Source: Candidatus Methylomirabilota bacterium
GTDB lineage: Bacteria > Methylomirabilota > Methylomirabilia > Rokubacteriales > CSP1-6
Direction: 5' to 3'
DNA: 37,894 bases
Assembly: GCA_046726415.1 (NCBI GenBank)
Contig: JBKPAK010000226.1
Coordinates: 1 to 37,894, forward strand
Shown here one piece after another: positions 36,666 to 37,894 of this stretch. The notes under the pieces are model-generated. The model worked only from the letters and a program-made list of their open reading frames with translations, was not told where the DNA came from and did no database searches. Each line of letters starts with the position of its first letter. The first letter of the stretch is position 1. A program made the position numbers and the translations under genes.

Positions 36666-37894
36666 ATGGTGATGGGGGATCTCGTGCGAGAGGTGGACGT
36701 CGCTGTCGTGGGCGGTGGCCCCGGCGGTTACTCGGCGGCCTTCCGCTGCGCGGAGCTGGGTCTGGAGGCGGTGGTCGTCGACGCCGGCCACCGGCTAGGA
36801 GGCGTCTGTCTCTACGAAGGCTGCATCCCGTCGAAGGCCTTCCTGCACGTGGCGGCCCTTATCAGCGAGGCGGAGCGCGCGAAGGAGCTCGGCGTCGAAT
36901 TTGGCCCGCCGCGCATCACCCTCGACCCACTGCGCAAGTGGAAGGATGAGCGCGTCGTGGGCAAGCTCGCGCGCGGTCTGGCCGCGGTGGCGCGGAGCAA
37001 GAGCGTCGACACCATCGGCGGCCATGCCGTCTTCGAGGGCTCCCGGGAGCTGCGCGTGGAGGGCGAGGAGCCCCAGCGCATCCGCTTCAAGCACGCCATC
37101 ATCGCGACCGGCTCGCGACCGGCTCCGCTGCCCGGGTTGACCATCGCCAGCGATCGAGTCATGGACTCCACCGGAGCGCTGCTGCTCACTGACGTTCCTG
37201 AGCGGTTGCTGGTGATCGGCGGCGGCTACATTGGTCTCGAACTGGGCCAGGTCTACGCCGCGCTCGGGAGCGCGGTGACCCTCGCGGAGATGACCCACGA
37301 GATTCTGCCCGGCCTCGATCGGGATCTCGTGCTGCCCCTCGCCCGTCAATGTGACCGGCAGTTCGCGGCGGTGCGCCTGGAGACGCAGGTGACCGAGCTG
37401 CGCGAAGTCGGCGGCAGCATCGAGGCGCGCCTGGGAGAGGCCGCGGAGCGCTTCGATCGCGTGCTGGTGGCGGTGGGCCGCCGACCCTTGAGCGACAGCC
37501 TCGGCCTGGAGACCACGCGCGTACGGCTGACCGCCGGCGGAGCCCTCGCCATCGACGAGCGCTGCCGGACCGACGATCCGCACATCTACGCGGTCGGTGA
37601 TGTCACCGGCGAACCCATGCTCGCCCACCGCGCCATGCGCCAGGGCCGCGTGGCCGCCGAGGTCATTGCCGGCAAGCCCGCCGCCTTCGACAACGTGGCC
37701 ATCCCCGCCGTCGTCTTCACCGACCCCGAGGTGGCGTGGTGCGGTCTTACCGAACACGCCGCCGAGCAGCAGGGACGCGACGTACGCGTCGCCAAGATCA
37801 CGTGGGCGGCCTCTGGACGCGCGGCTACGCTCGGCCGCGCCGATGGCCTCAGCAAGCTCGTGATCGATCCTCCGTCCGGCCGCGTGGTGGGCGT
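36666..37894 (+). CDS. lpdA: Dihydrolipoamide dehydrogenase E3 (runs off the window end; absent from the ORF track)
   Basis: Read from ATG 36666: MVMGDLVREVDVAVVGGGPGGY, GGVCLYEGCIPSK, IGGGYIGLE, GDVTGEPMLAH, FTDPEVA. Confidence 0.93.
   Translation, partial: MVMGDLVREVDVAVVGGGPGGYSAAFRCAELGLEAVVVDAGHRLGGVCLYEGCIPSKAFLHVAALISEAERAKELGVEFGPPRITLDPLRKWKDERVVGKLARGLAAVARSKSVDTIGGHAVFEGSRELRVEGEEPQRIRFKHAIIATGSRPAPLPGLTIASDRVMDSTGALLLTDVPERLLVIGGGYIGLELGQVYAALGSAVTLAEMTHEILPGLDRDLVLPLARQCDRQFAAVRLETQVTELREVGGSIEARLGEAAERFDRVLVAVGRRPLSDSLGLETTRVRLTAGGALAIDERCRTDDPHIYAVGDVTGEPMLAHRAMRQGRVAAEVIAGKPAAFDNVAIPAVVFTDPEVAWCGLTEHAAEQQGRDVRVAKITWAASGRAATLGRADGLSKLVIDPPSGRVVG

Overview
GC-rich bacterial chromosomal segment with no rRNA, tRNA, CRISPR array or mobile element that I can see. 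Gene content and style suggest a soil lineage such as Rokubacteria/Methylomirabilota, which is inference only. Left to right: enoyl-CoA hydratase; Ku; MFS transporter; a secreted cytochrome P460/c'-beta-cupredoxin fusion; AI-2E transporter; an AttEFGH-like ABC/lipocalin module; an AhpD/CMD protein; 3-methyladenine glycosylase; three tandem paralogous small secreted proteins; Rieske oxygenase plus amidohydrolase; D-aminoacylase; DASS and EamA transporters; a second crotonase; a nitrate assimilation operon (nrtABCD-like, nitrate reductase, nirA, siroheme genes) with a sigma54 promoter and an ANTAR-type leader terminator; TtcA; a NasT-like ANTAR regulator; a Spy/CpxP-like protein; a thioredoxin-NHL protein; a deazaflavin-type oxidoreductase; and pdhABC-lpdA. 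Main result: two genes that the ORF track splits each have an in-frame TGA exactly at a redox-active Cys position, followed by a SECIS-like hairpin. They are the AhpD/CMD protein (C-E-Y-U-V-K-A-H) and the Trx-NHL protein (C-U-I-N-C), so both are probably selenoproteins. The second lies upstream of a lipoamide-dependent dehydrogenase operon with only short gaps.
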